A stretch of DNA of 64,000 bases from Paracoccaceae bacterium (GCA_963422275.1 OY729418.1:839750-903749), one strand, 5' to 3'; positions 9,332-18,666 are shown, numbered from the stretch's first letter. A program made the numbers and translations. Notes: generated by a model from the sequence alone, not told the origin.

Positions 9332-9366
9332 CTAAGCGACCGTGCAGGCCTTCGTGGTCAGGTTAG

Positions 9367-10116
9367 CTAGCGTTCCGCCCAGCCGGCGAATATGTTTTCG
9401 AGCACAACCACGACATAGTAGAGAACGATCCCCAGAAACGCGAGAGCGATAAGAACCGCGAACATCAGCGGATAGTCCGAATTGGTTTTACCGCTGTCGA
9501 ACAACGCCCCGAGGCCGCGACCATGTGGGCTCACGATTTCCATCAGGTTCGTGCCAATGAAAGCAAGTGTAACGGAGACCTTCAGCGCCCCGAAGAACTC
9601 TGGCAGAGTCTTGGGCAAGGCAATTTTCCAAAAGATCGTGGACTGCGAGGCGCCAAGCGAGCGCAGGATATCTCGATACTCGGGCTCCAACGTCGACAAT
9701 CCGATGGAAACCGAAACGGCAATCGGAAAGAATGAGATCATGAACGCAATCATGATCGTGTTGAAATCGTGTGCGCCAATAAACAGGAGCGCAATGATCG
9801 GCACGACGGTAGCCTTGGGGATGGCGTTGAAACCCACAAGCAACGGATAGAGGGCATCGCGCATGGTACGCCAGAACCCCATGATCATTCCCAGCACGAC
9901 TCCGGCGAGGATGGCGATCAGCAGGCCAACGACCGTGCGCCAAAGCGTCTGCCAGCCCATCACCAGAAAGAGCTTCCAGAATTTCACGACCGCTGCCGGC
10001 AGATCGGATGGCGAAGCCATGATGTAATTCGGCCAATCGTTGACCCAGACCAGTACCTCCCAGAGCCCCAAAAAGACGATCATTGCCGCGACGGGAACGG
10101 CAATTCTGCGAATCAT
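9367..10116 (-). CDS. ABC transporter permease, NitT/TauT (nitrate/sulfonate/bicarbonate) family
   Basis: 249-aa multi-TM ORF that overlaps the upstream ATPase gene by 4 bp. Confidence 0.85.
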   Translation of the reverse strand: MIRRIAVPVAAMIVFLGLWEVLVWVNDWPNYIMASPSDLPAAVVKFWKLFLVMGWQTLWRTVVGLLIAILAGVVLGMIMGFWRTMRDALYPLLVGFNAIPKATVVPIIALLFIGAHDFNTIMIAFMISFFPIAVSVSIGLSTLEPEYRDILRSLGASQSTIFWKIALPKTLPEFFGALKVSVTLAFIGTNLMEIVSPHGRGLGALFDSGKTNSDYPLMFAVLIALAFLGIVLYYVVVVLENIFAGWAER

Positions 10117-10913
10117 GCGGCGGCCTCCACATCCGCCAAGGGCTTGCCTTGGGCGATTTCAATCTGGCGGCGCAAAATGTTCAGCCGCTCGATGGCCTCG
10201 GGTGCGTAGAGATCATCCAGCACGCGCCGGCCAGTCGAAGACACGTTCATCACATACTGTGCCGTTGCCGGCCGTCCCGAAAGCACAACCACCTGATCGG
10301 CCAGAAAGATTGATTCCCTGAGATCGTGAGTGATCAGGACGCCGGTGAAGGGTTCTTCGGCCTTCAAACTGTGCATGGTCATCCAGAGATCTTCGCGGGT
10401 AAAGGCATCGAGCGCTCCGAAGGGTTCGTCCAAGATGAGCACTTCGGGCTGATGGACCAGTGCCCGGCAAAGGGATGCACGTTGGCGCATGCCGCCGGAG
10501 AGTTCTGAAGGGCGCTTGTCCTCGAACCCCTCGAGACCAACGAGGGCAAGCAGTTTGCGGGCCCGATCCTCCTTTTCCCGGCTTGAAAGCTTGGTTGGCA
10601 CGATCTCCAGTGGCAGCAAGACGTTCTTCAGGATTGATCGCCACTCCAACAGCACTGGGTTCTGGAATGCCATTCCGACCGTCGACCGAGGACTCTTGAC
10701 CCTTTCGCCATGCAACCGAACTTCGCCGCAGTCTGGTTTCATCAGCCCTGCAATCAGCCGTGTCAGGGTGGACTTGCCGCACCCTGAAGGACCGACCACT
10801 GCAACGAATCCGCCTTCGGGAATTGACATGCTTAGATCGTGCAGAACCGGCAAAGGCCGGTTGGCTGTGACGTAGGCATGAGTCACACCCCTAATTTCGA
10901 TCAGCCCTGTCAC
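10113..10913 (-). CDS. ABC transporter ATP-binding protein, NitT/TauT family
   Basis: 266-aa ORF with Walker A (GPSGCGKST), the signature LSGGMRQR and Walker B (LILDEPF). Confidence 0.9.
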   Translation of the reverse strand: MTGLIEIRGVTHAYVTANRPLPVLHDLSMSIPEGGFVAVVGPSGCGKSTLTRLIAGLMKPDCGEVRLHGERVKSPRSTVGMAFQNPVLLEWRSILKNVLLPLEIVPTKLSSREKEDRARKLLALVGLEGFEDKRPSELSGGMRQRASLCRALVHQPEVLILDEPFGALDAFTREDLWMTMHSLKAEEPFTGVLITHDLRESIFLADQVVVLSGRPATAQYVMNVSSTGRRVLDDLYAPEAIERLNILRRQIEIAQGKPLADVEAAA

Positions 10914-10972
10914 GGTCCTGTCACGATTTTATTGCTTGCAGACGGGCGGGCCACAGACAGACCCGCATCCGT

Positions 10973-11977
10973 TCAATTGATCATGAACCCACCGCCGTCG
11001 GGCAGGTAGGCATCCGTGAAGTAACGCGACGCATCGGGAGAATTCTGAAACTCGTAGGTCTCAGCCAATTGCTCCAGTGCCATCGCCATACGGGCCGCAT
11101 CGATACCGCCCAACCCATTGGCCTTGACCGACTCCGTCAATACATTCGCGTCGACCGCAAGCAGCAGTCGGCGCTTTTCAAGCGCGGCATCCGCCGCGGG
11201 GTTGCGTTCAACCAACGACGCAATCGCGGCGTCCGGGTTGGCAATCGCGTCCACCCAGCCATCGGCGACGGCTGCCAGGAAACTCTTGACCTTGTCCGGG
11301 TTCGCTGCGGCAAAATCGGTGTTGGCAATGATTGCGTTGCCGTAGAGTGCCAGACCGTAATCGGCCATCAAGATGGTCGAAATGTCATTCTCGGCAATGC
11401 CAAGGCGTACCAGATTCAGAAAGGACGAGAACGAAAATCCGGTGATCGCATCGACTTTGCCTTCAGCGAGCATCGGCTCACGCGTAGGGAAGCCCACTGG
11501 CTCGACAGTGATTTTTGCCATGTCCAGGTCATTGGCCGTCGCGAAGGCAGGAAACTGTGCCCACGCACCGTCCGGCGGCGGCGCCCCCAAAATGCGGCCC
11601 TCCAAGTCCTTTGGCACAGTGACGCCCAGACTCTTGCGGCCAACCACAGCGAAAGGTGGCTTGTCGTATATCATCATGACCGCCGTGACCGGTGCATCAG
11701 GGTTTTGATCCAGAAATTTGATCAGGCTGTTGATGTCTGCAAACCCAACCGGAAACGCGCCGGTTGCGACTTTTGGAATAGCATCGAGCGATCCCTGTCC
11801 CGCACTGATTTCGACGTCAAATCCGGCTTCCGCAAAATGGCCGTTGTCAATGGCGATGAAATAGGGGGCTGAGGGGCCTTCAAACTTCCAGTCCAAGGCA
11901 AAAGGCATCTTTTCCTGAGCGACGGCGACCGTCGCAATAAGGATACCGGCAACAGCCAGAATAATTCGGTGAAACAT
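10973..11977 (-). CDS. periplasmic substrate-binding protein, NMT1/THI5-like (NitT/TauT family)
   Basis: I moved the start to Met57 of the tracked ORF (MFHRIILAVAGILIATVAVAQE, a signal peptide), which is preceded by AAGGAG 8 nt upstream. Confidence 0.8.
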   Translation of the reverse strand: MFHRIILAVAGILIATVAVAQEKMPFALDWKFEGPSAPYFIAIDNGHFAEAGFDVEISAGQGSLDAIPKVATGAFPVGFADINSLIKFLDQNPDAPVTAVMMIYDKPPFAVVGRKSLGVTVPKDLEGRILGAPPPDGAWAQFPAFATANDLDMAKITVEPVGFPTREPMLAEGKVDAITGFSFSSFLNLVRLGIAENDISTILMADYGLALYGNAIIANTDFAAANPDKVKSFLAAVADGWVDAIANPDAAIASLVERNPAADAALEKRRLLLAVDANVLTESVKANGLGGIDAARMAMALEQLAETYEFQNSPDASRYFTDAYLPDGGGFMIN

Positions 11978-12639
11978 GGGGGAATTCTCCTTATGTGGTG
12001 ATTTGTTGACTAATCTCCCGCCTCGCTTGCGATACAACCTGTCAACGCCTGGACCGTGAATTCGAGGTGCAACAGTAGCATTGGAGCGTCCTATTTGGCA
12101 ATGGCATTGCCTCAAGGAAACAGGACATTTCCTTGCTAAAGGCACTTGACAATATACGATGTCGTTTCAACCCGCCGGGCGGGTTCCCGAACCTCTCGTC
12201 GTTCGTGCAGGCGGCGATGACGTACCGCCTCAGCGCCGTCGGGGAGTCCCCTATTGTTTCTCTAATCGGTTTGGCGGCGCAAGGCCGAAGCAATGCCAGA
12301 TCCTGTGCAGTGTCCAGCGCATGGCGGCCCGGGGTGTGCCCGAAACGGTATGCGAGAGCATGTCCCCGACATTATTTCTCCGCGACCTACACGTTGCCCG
12401 GTGGCAGACGGCGTCGACACACAGGCCGCCCACCCTTCCCTTATACAGTGCTTCTGCCCACCGTTGCGTCGGTATCGATCTCCTCAAGACACCGACGGTC
12501 TTCTACCCCGACAGTGAACGATCCCCGCGCACATTGCGGAGACTCCTTCAAGATGGGTCGCGTTTGGACGCCCAATCGGTATCCGTTTCGCGCTGTACAC
12601 TGCCGCCCCGCATGGGATTCATTTGCTTCAAATACAAAG

Positions 12640-14310
12640 CTAGAACAGCCCCTCAATCTGTCCAAAGTCGTTCAGGCGAATAGATTCGGCCGCGGGAACT
12701 CTCGGAAGCCCCGGCATGGTCATTATCTGCCCGCAGATCGCAACCACGAAACCGGCCCCCGCAGATAGCCGCACCTCTCGGACCGGCAGCTTGTGCCCTG
12801 TCGGGGCGCCTCGCAAACTCGGATCCGTGGTGAAACTGTACTGCGTCTTGGCCATGCATACCGGGAGGTCTCCGTAGCCATCATCCTCCCAGTGCTTGAG
12901 TTGATCGAGAATTTTCTGGTCCGCCTGAACTTCGTCTGCACGGTAGATGCTGCGGGCAACCGTTTCGATCTTCTCGAAGAGGCCCATCTCGTCGGGATAG
13001 AGAGGCGCGTACTGCGCGCTGCCGCCCTCCACAAGCTCCACGACTTTCCGGGCCGCTTCCTCTGCGCCTTTTCCGCCGTTAGCCCAATGCCGGCATATGC
13101 AAGCGTCGACGCCCAACTCTGCACAGTAGTCCTTGATCGCTTGCACCTCCGCGTCGGTGTCGGTCACAAAATGGTTGATGCCGACAATTGCGGGCACACC
13201 GAATTTTGCCACGTTTTCGATATGGCACCCCAGATTGGCGCATCCCCTGCTCACGGCATCGACATTCTCGGCGGCAAGATCGGCTTTCGCCACGCCACCG
13301 TTCATTTTCAGCGCGCGGACGGTCGCCACGATCACGACCGCTTTCGGCGCCAGCCCGGCCTTGCGGCACTTGATGTTGAAGAACTTCTCTGCCCCAAGAT
13401 CCGCACCGAATCCAGCTTCGGTTACGACGTAATCGGCAAGCTTGAGGGCCGTCGTCGTGGCGACCACCGAATTGCACCCGTGCGCGATGTTGGCGAATGG
13501 CCCGCCATGAACGAAGGCTGGATTGTTTTCCAGCGTCTGAACCAGATTGGGTTGCATCGCCTGTTGCAGCAAGACCGTCATCGCTCCTTCGGCGTTGACG
13601 TCCCGGCAATAGACGGGCGAGCGATCACGCCGATAGGCCACAATGATGTCCCCGAGACGTTTCTGCAGATCGTCAAGATCCGTGGCGAGGCAAAGTATTG
13701 CCATGACTTCAGAAGCCACGGTGATGTCGAATCCGGCCTCCCGTGGAAAGCCGTTCGCGACTCCGCCGAGTGACGTGGTGATCTGCCGAAGCGCCCGATC
13801 GTTCATGTCCAGCACGCGACGCCAGGCAACCCTTCGAGTATCGATCTCCTGCTTGTTTCCCCAGTAGACATGATTGTCGATCATCGCTGCGAGAAGGTTG
13901 TGCGCCGATGTTATGGCATGGAAATCTCCGGTGAAGTGAAGATTCATTTCCTCCATGGGCACCACCTGCGCCTGACCGCCGCCTGCCGCGCCTCCCTTCA
14001 TCCCGAAGCATGGACCGAGCGAGGCCTCGCGAATGCATAGCATCGCGTTCTTTCCGATCGCGTTGAGGCCGTCGCACAATCCGACTGTCGTCGTGGTCTT
14101 CCCTTCGCCTGCCGGTGTCGGATTGATGGCTGTCACCAGTACCAAATTGCCGTCATGGCGATCCTGCACCGACTTTATGAACTGTTCGGAAACCTTGGCC
14201 TTGTCGTGTCCGAACGGGAGAAGATGCTCTTGCGGAATGCCGAGTCTTTCTCCAATTTCCTGAATTGGCTTCTTGTTGGCCTTGCGTGCAATCTCGATGT
14301 CTGTTGCCAT
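12640..14310 (-). CDS. fhs: formate--tetrahydrofolate ligase
   Basis: 556-aa ORF with the characteristic N-terminus ([22 protein letters not shown]), the P-loop region ([14 protein letters not shown]) and full-length collinearity with FTHFS. Confidence 0.95.
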   Translation of the reverse strand: MATDIEIARKANKKPIQEIGERLGIPQEHLLPFGHDKAKVSEQFIKSVQDRHDGNLVLVTAINPTPAGEGKTTTTVGLCDGLNAIGKNAMLCIREASLGPCFGMKGGAAGGGQAQVVPMEEMNLHFTGDFHAITSAHNLLAAMIDNHVYWGNKQEIDTRRVAWRRVLDMNDRALRQITTSLGGVANGFPREAGFDITVASEVMAILCLATDLDDLQKRLGDIIVAYRRDRSPVYCRDVNAEGAMTVLLQQAMQPNLVQTLENNPAFVHGGPFANIAHGCNSVVATTTALKLADYVVTEAGFGADLGAEKFFNIKCRKAGLAPKAVVIVATVRALKMNGGVAKADLAAENVDAVSRGCANLGCHIENVAKFGVPAIVGINHFVTDTDAEVQAIKDYCAELGVDACICRHWANGGKGAEEAARKVVELVEGGSAQYAPLYPDEMGLFEKIETVARSIYRADEVQADQKILDQLKHWEDDGYGDLPVCMAKTQYSFTTDPSLRGAPTGHKLPVREVRLSAGAGFVVAICGQIMTMPGLPRVPAAESIRLNDFGQIEGLF

Positions 14311-14341
14311 TCATTCACTCCTTGGGTGTCATCAAGACGAT

Positions 14342-15259
14342 CTATTCGCCCAATTTTGTTCCGACTTTCAGATCGGTCTGGGCCACCCATTCTCCTGCAG
14401 CGACCTTCGCACCGCCGCTGGGTCGCACTCGCTTGGCAAGTATTCGTCCGCCTGCCGCCTGAATCGCGATTCCACCTTTGTCGACTGCCATGACTTCTCC
14501 CGGGCTTCCGGCACCCTCTGTCTTGGCGGCATCGAAGATCTTCAGTTCTTCGCCGCCAACGGTGGTCCAAGCCCCCGGCGCAGGGTTGGTTCCACGGATC
14601 AGGTTGTACACGTCGTCAGCAGGCTTGGCCCAATCGATTTCGGCATCTGACTTGCGGCACCAAGATTCGTATGTTGCCTTGCTTTCATCCTGTTGCAGTC
14701 GTGGAGGATTGCCTGTCCTGAAGAGGTCGCAGACTTCCAGAACTGAATCGACGCCGGCAGGGTAGATTTTCTTGAAGTAGAGATCGATCACCGTGTCGTC
14801 CGGACCGATATCACATTCCCACTGAAGAAGGACGTCGCCCTCGTCCAGCCCGTCGGTTGGATAGAACCAGCTGAAACCCGATTTCCTCGATCCCTGGATG
14901 ATCGGCCAGTTGACCGCGCTAGGTCCTCGGTGCAATGGCAAGAGCGACGGATGGAAGCAAATCGATCCCATCTTGGGAATGTCTCGCACCTCTTCCGGAA
15001 CGAACAGGACGACGTAGGCCATGACCATTAAATCAGCGTCATGCGATCGAAGTGTCTCGATCACTTCCGGGTCCTTGAATTTTGGAGGCTGGAATACCGG
15101 CAACCCCTTCGCCAAGGCGAATTCCTTGAGCGGGTCTGTTGGCCTGCCTTCCTTGTCAGGCGCGCAGTAGACCGCAGCGACTTCGTCCTTGCCAGCTGCA
15201 AGAATCTTTTCGAGCGCGTCCTTGCCGAACGCCTGCTGGCCCATCACGATTAATTGCAT
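14342..15259 (-). CDS. formyltransferase-fold protein resembling the N-terminal hydrolase domain of 10-formyl-THF dehydrogenase (Fmt-like N and C domains)
   Basis: I moved the start to MQLIVMGQQAFGKDALEKIL, which follows GAGAGGAAG. Motifs seen: HPSLLPLHRGPSAVNWPII (formyltransferase catalytic His/Asp region) and a C-terminal Fmt-C-like beta-barrel. It lies 31 bp upstream of fhs. Confidence 0.75.
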   Translation of the reverse strand: MQLIVMGQQAFGKDALEKILAAGKDEVAAVYCAPDKEGRPTDPLKEFALAKGLPVFQPPKFKDPEVIETLRSHDADLMVMAYVVLFVPEEVRDIPKMGSICFHPSLLPLHRGPSAVNWPIIQGSRKSGFSWFYPTDGLDEGDVLLQWECDIGPDDTVIDLYFKKIYPAGVDSVLEVCDLFRTGNPPRLQQDESKATYESWCRKSDAEIDWAKPADDVYNLIRGTNPAPGAWTTVGGEELKIFDAAKTEGAGSPGEVMAVDKGGIAIQAAGGRILAKRVRPSGGAKVAAGEWVAQTDLKVGTKLGE

Positions 15260-15387
15260 TTCAGGCTTCCTCTCATTCAACCGCTTTTTCATTGTCAATG
15301 TGCTTGCGCCGACCGCCCTTTCCAAACCGGCTCAAGTGTCAAACTGGATGATTCGTCAATGGTGCCCGACTAGCGGAATTCTCCTGA

Positions 15388-15417
15388 CCCGCTGCGGGGC
15401 AGCGCGGGCTTTTCTTC
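15388..15417 (+). terminator. orphan terminator-like hairpin plus T-run on the plus strand
   Basis: CCCGCTGC-GGG-GCAGCGCGGG is followed by CTTTTCTTC. No plus-strand gene lies upstream, so it sits antisense to the 5' leader of the fmt-like/fhs operon. Confidence 0.3.
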
Positions 15418-15633
15418 AAAGGTTCCGCAAAGTCCAAGCCCTAAACCAGGGTTTTGCGGCGTGCCTGAAATTGCGGAAAGATAAAACGGGCGCGAGCGCA
15501 AATCCTCGCATCGGGAGGCAAGCGTGTGCATCAAATTCGGAAGGGACGGCTTCCATCCAGCGACCTGTTGTATCGCTTCCACCGTCGCGCTTTCACCAAA
15601 GCGGGTCACGGGCCGTTTCCAAGGCCACGCTCA

Positions 15634-16350
15634 TCAGCGCCCTGCTTCCAAATCCTCAGATTCTCCAACGAAAAATTTCCATGTGCGCCGCACGTAATCA
15701 TGCAGCCTCAACGTGTGTCCCCTAACCAAGTCAGAGGCAAGTTCCTCATTCCTTGCTTCAATGGCCTCTATGATTTTCATGTGATCGACAACAGAACGGT
15801 CCGCACGCGATGTGTCGCGCATTGCACGACGCCGGATCGGTTTCAAGTGGGTGAACAGTTCCTCGCCGAGCTCTTGGAGCTTCTGGCAATTCGACAGTCG
15901 CATTATCGTTCCGTGAAACTTGATGTTGGCTTCCGAGTATTCGCTGAGGTTCGCCTTTGCCTCGTCCTCGGGAAACTGCATCCCGATCTGCCGAAGCATC
16001 GCGATGTCTTCGCCAGTCGCGACCGCGCAGGCCAGCCGTGCGGCCATGCTTTCGAGAGCTGCCCAGACAATTATCATCTCGAGGACTTCCCGCTTGCTTT
16101 TCCTGTTGATGAATATCCCTCTACGAGGCTTGATCGTAATGAACCCTTCCTGCTCCAGCCGGGTCAGCGCGTCACGGAGCGGCGTACGCGACACGCCAAG
16201 CTGTTTCGCCATCTTGCGCTCATCCAGCCGCAGGTCGGCAGACTCGCTGTAGACATCCACTTCAAGGACCGCCTCCCTCAACGCCGCATAAGTGAGATCA
16301 TTGAGCAGGAAATTGCTTTCGATTGGCTCAAGCCTAACTGAGGTTGCCAT
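15634..16350 (-). CDS. GntR-family transcriptional regulator (FadR/FCD subfamily)
   Basis: 238-aa ORF with a winged-HTH segment (ERKMAKQLGVSRTPLRDALTRLEQEGFI) followed by a helical FCD-like C-terminal domain. Confidence 0.85.
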   Translation of the reverse strand: MATSVRLEPIESNFLLNDLTYAALREAVLEVDVYSESADLRLDERKMAKQLGVSRTPLRDALTRLEQEGFITIKPRRGIFINRKSKREVLEMIIVWAALESMAARLACAVATGEDIAMLRQIGMQFPEDEAKANLSEYSEANIKFHGTIMRLSNCQKLQELGEELFTHLKPIRRRAMRDTSRADRSVVDHMKIIEAIEARNEELASDLVRGHTLRLHDYVRRTWKFFVGESEDLEAGR

Positions 16351-16382
16351 TCAGTTACCTAAGATTTGCGCGTTGTTTCGCA

Positions 16383-16643
16383 TTAACTTGCCTTTTGTGG
16401 TATACCATAGACCAGTGAAGCTTTTTGCACAACCGGCAAGCGAGCGGTTTTCGGAGCCGTAACGTCAAAAATCGGCATTTCCCAAGGTGGCAACGCGGCC
16501 GCAGCGAGGTACTCGTTGGGCTCAGATAATCCTACGGCGAGTGGACCATCCCCGACGTGCCCAAAGCATTCCGCATCCATAATGCCAAGCTGCAAGCGTT
16601 GATGAGCAAACCGAATTCCTTCGGAGGAGCACAATACGTGCAC
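16383..16643 (-). CDS. hypothetical ORF, no recognisable family; may be non-coding
   Basis: 86-aa tracked ORF that overlaps the presumed GntR promoter/operator region. No ribosome-binding site or motif was recognised. Confidence 0.15.
   Translation of the reverse strand: MHVLCSSEGIRFAHQRLQLGIMDAECFGHVGDGPLAVGLSEPNEYLAAAALPPWEMPIFDVTAPKTARLPVVQKASLVYGIPQKAS
16398..16407. promoter_or_regulatory. candidate GntR-type operator palindrome
   Basis: TGGTATACCA is a perfect palindrome of the GT-N-AC type, 48 bp upstream of the GntR start codon. Confidence 0.35.
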
Positions 16644-16670
16644 GGGTCTGACCTTGGTATCACAGCGTAG

Positions 16671-16943
16671 TCACATTAGAAGCAGTGAAATCGGTAACAC
16701 CCCCAGCACGGTGTAGCAGTGGTGCAACCGCGATTCCACTTGCGTAGAGGTATCGCGCTTGAAACTACTATTACCGTAATGACCTCGTTCCGGGGCATAT
16801 TGCCTAACCACCATTGAATCTGCAATGGAGTGTCTCACTGTAGTTGGCTGATTTTCCACAGGCCCAATCTGGGTACCGACGGTTTCCCAGCGATGCACTT
16901 GCACACCAATTCGTCGGAAGATCGCCGCTGGTGCTTTGATCAA
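16671..16943 (-). CDS. hypothetical ORF, possibly the 3' part of a gene truncated by the adjacent IS remnant
   Basis: The frame stays open upstream of the first Met to about 17040, directly abutting the type B IS end. Composition looks less GC-rich than neighbouring genes. No motif was recognised. Confidence 0.2.
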   Translation of the reverse strand: MIKAPAAIFRRIGVQVHRWETVGTQIGPVENQPTTVRHSIADSMVVRQYAPERGHYGNSSFKRDTSTQVESRLHHCYTVLGVLPISLLLM

Positions 16944-17051
16944 GCTTCCTTCAGCTTGCCAAAGAGGTTTTGAGGCATTTCCCTCAAGGCACGGATTCCG
17001 TGATTCTTTGCCAATGGGTCGCCGCCATGTAAATTCACTTGAAGTTGTGAA

Positions 17052-17330
17052 TATATAAGACTGTTGCGAAAGCGGCGTTTTTCTCTACATTTCACCTTCT
17101 GGAGCCGGTTTCACGTCTAGCGGTTGGCCGATCGGTGGTTGCAATGCCTCTCGGCAGCGGTCTTGGCGCCCAAAGGCGTGGTTTCAGGTCGCGACGCACT
17201 CGATCCAGCTGGCTGCCTTGAGCAGGGCCAGGCCATTGCCTTCAGGTTCGTCTCCGTCTACACGGCCTGCCGCCCCACTCGTTCCCTTGGAACTTGGTTC
17301 TGCGCATCGGCGTGAAGTCACACAGAACAA
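17052..17330 (-). mobile_element. 3' remnant of IS5-family 'type B' element
   Basis: The minus strand reads ...GAAGGCAATGGCCTGGCCCTGCTCAAGGCAGCCAGCTGGATCGAG...AAACCACGCCTTTGGGCGCCAAGACCGCTGCC...CGCAACAGTCTTATATA. This aligns to the 3' end at 55975-56195, including the terminal CGCAACAGT motif. Confidence 0.6.
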
Positions 17331-17424
17331 GCAAGGAGGCCACGAAATGCCTGCGGAGAGCCCGTCACAAGCCTTGTGTCGAGATCAAGCCGAATTGGTA
17401 TCACTGAGAGGTTAAAGAGAAGGC

Positions 17425-17955
17425 ATGAAGTTCAAGAATGACGCCTACAATCTCGACGAAGACGTTGAGGCACTAGTCAATACCGTGAACTGCGTTGGCG
17501 TCATGGGACGCGGTGTTGCTCTCAAGTTCAAGAAAAAATACCGGAAAAACTACAAAGACTACAGGGAGGCTTGCAAGAAAGGTCAAGTCAAACCCGGACT
17601 CATGCACATACACGATTTCGAGCTCGGCCGATTGCCGATCGATCCAAAGCCAAAGCCCCGCTATATCATCAATTTTCCGACCAAGCGGCATTGGCGGAGC
17701 CCGAGCAAAATCGCGGATATCGAGAGCGGCCTCAAGGACCTCGCCAAGCAAATTCAAGAGCTGCAAATCCAATCCATTGCAATCCCCGCGCTCGGCTGCG
17801 GCAACGGCGGTCTTGATTGGCCCGAGGTTCGCAAGCTTATCGAGACGGAGTTGCATGGTGTCACAAAAAAATGCGAAATTTTAGTGTTCGAACCCGGCGG
17901 CGAAAAAATACAAAACTTGCGTGACGTCACTGAGACCGAGGCGCGGAAGAGATAA
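17425..17955 (+). CDS. stand-alone macrodomain (ADP-ribose binding/hydrolase) protein
   Basis: 176-aa ORF with NTVNCVGVMGRGVALKFKKKY and IPALGCGNGGLDW, the two glycine-rich loops typical of macrodomains. An AAGAGAAGG ribosome-binding site is present. Confidence 0.85.
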   Translation: MKFKNDAYNLDEDVEALVNTVNCVGVMGRGVALKFKKKYRKNYKDYREACKKGQVKPGLMHIHDFELGRLPIDPKPKPRYIINFPTKRHWRSPSKIADIESGLKDLAKQIQELQIQSIAIPALGCGNGGLDWPEVRKLIETELHGVTKKCEILVFEPGGEKIQNLRDVTETEARKR

Positions 17956-17973
17956 AGGGCGAATGGCGTTTAG

Positions 17974-18666
17974 GGAACCTCTGAATACAGCCTGATTTTG
18001 GGCGTGGCGTTGTGCATCGGGGGCGTGCCTGCCATTTTGCGCCACGCCTTTCTTTCGGGGGATCACGACACGCAGTGCCTTCGGCAATTGACCTTTGCCA
18101 GCCTCGAATGCGGTCGCAAGACGCGCCGCGAGATCTTTCCGGAGCGGATGGACGGCCTGATCTCTGAGCGCGCCTGGAGTCCCGCACTGCGCCGGTCTGT
18201 CCCAAGGGCGGCGGCAAGAGGCGACAGCCGCATCCGCTGTCGGTGATGCTGCGCGTGCACTGCGTTCAGCTGTTCTGCAACCTGAGCGACCCGGCGATGG
18301 AGGACCAGCTTGCGAGGCGGAAACGGCGAAAGCCAGGGTGCGGGCACGGGTGGAGCATCCGCTCCGGATCGCGAGCAGGTGTTCGGCTGCGACATGGTTC
18401 GCCATCGAGGGCTGGAGAGGAACGTGCAGCGGCTTGCGCTGCTTCCGGCATTCTCGAACCTGATGATTGCCCGGCCGCACTTGTCGTGACAAGGGCGAAG
18501 CGTGTCCAGAATTTGCCGGACCGGCCCTGCGGGGGCTGAATCGGCAGCGGTTCCGCCCCGAAAACGCTCGTTTGGGGCTTTCGGGCCGCAAAAAAACCGG
18601 CCGATGCAACTAGGAGGGACAGTTTTCGCAGCCAAAACCAGAAAAATTTCCCAAATCAGAGGTTCC
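17974..18666 (+). mobile_element. IS5-family 'type A' element, internally deleted copy without matching target duplication
   Basis: GGAACCTCTGAATACAGCC...CAAATCAGAGGTTCC, only 693 bp against about 1.23 kb for the full copies. The flanks are TTAG (left) and CAAA (right). Confidence 0.85.

Noticed and set aside
11978-12639. Possible riboswitch (TPP/THI-box or guanidine-I/ykkC) in the 660-bp gap upstream of the NMT1/THI5-like binding-protein gene
   Set aside because: I read both strands. Only scattered partial matches are present (GCTGAGG, CAGGATCTGGCATTGC), in the wrong order for a THI-box, and there is no ykkC core (GGUCCGAGAG...ACGG.GGGA.AAAGCCCGGGAGA). A GC hairpin at 12168-12185 lacks a U-run. 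A covariance-model scan would be needed to be sure.
15260-15633. ZTP (pfl) or THF riboswitch in the leader of the fmt-like/fhs operon
   Set aside because: The minus-strand leader lacks the conserved UGACUGGCG...CGGGGAGC...CCGCCUGGGC elements. The only loose resemblances are CGTGACCCGC and CCGCTAGTCGGGCA.
16351-17424. DarT (DUF4433) toxin upstream of the macrodomain gene
   Set aside because: No frame on either strand shows the DarT hallmarks I remember (HITH..N, VPFYF, FTD..A, AEFLV). Part of the interval (17052-17330) is clearly an IS remnant instead.
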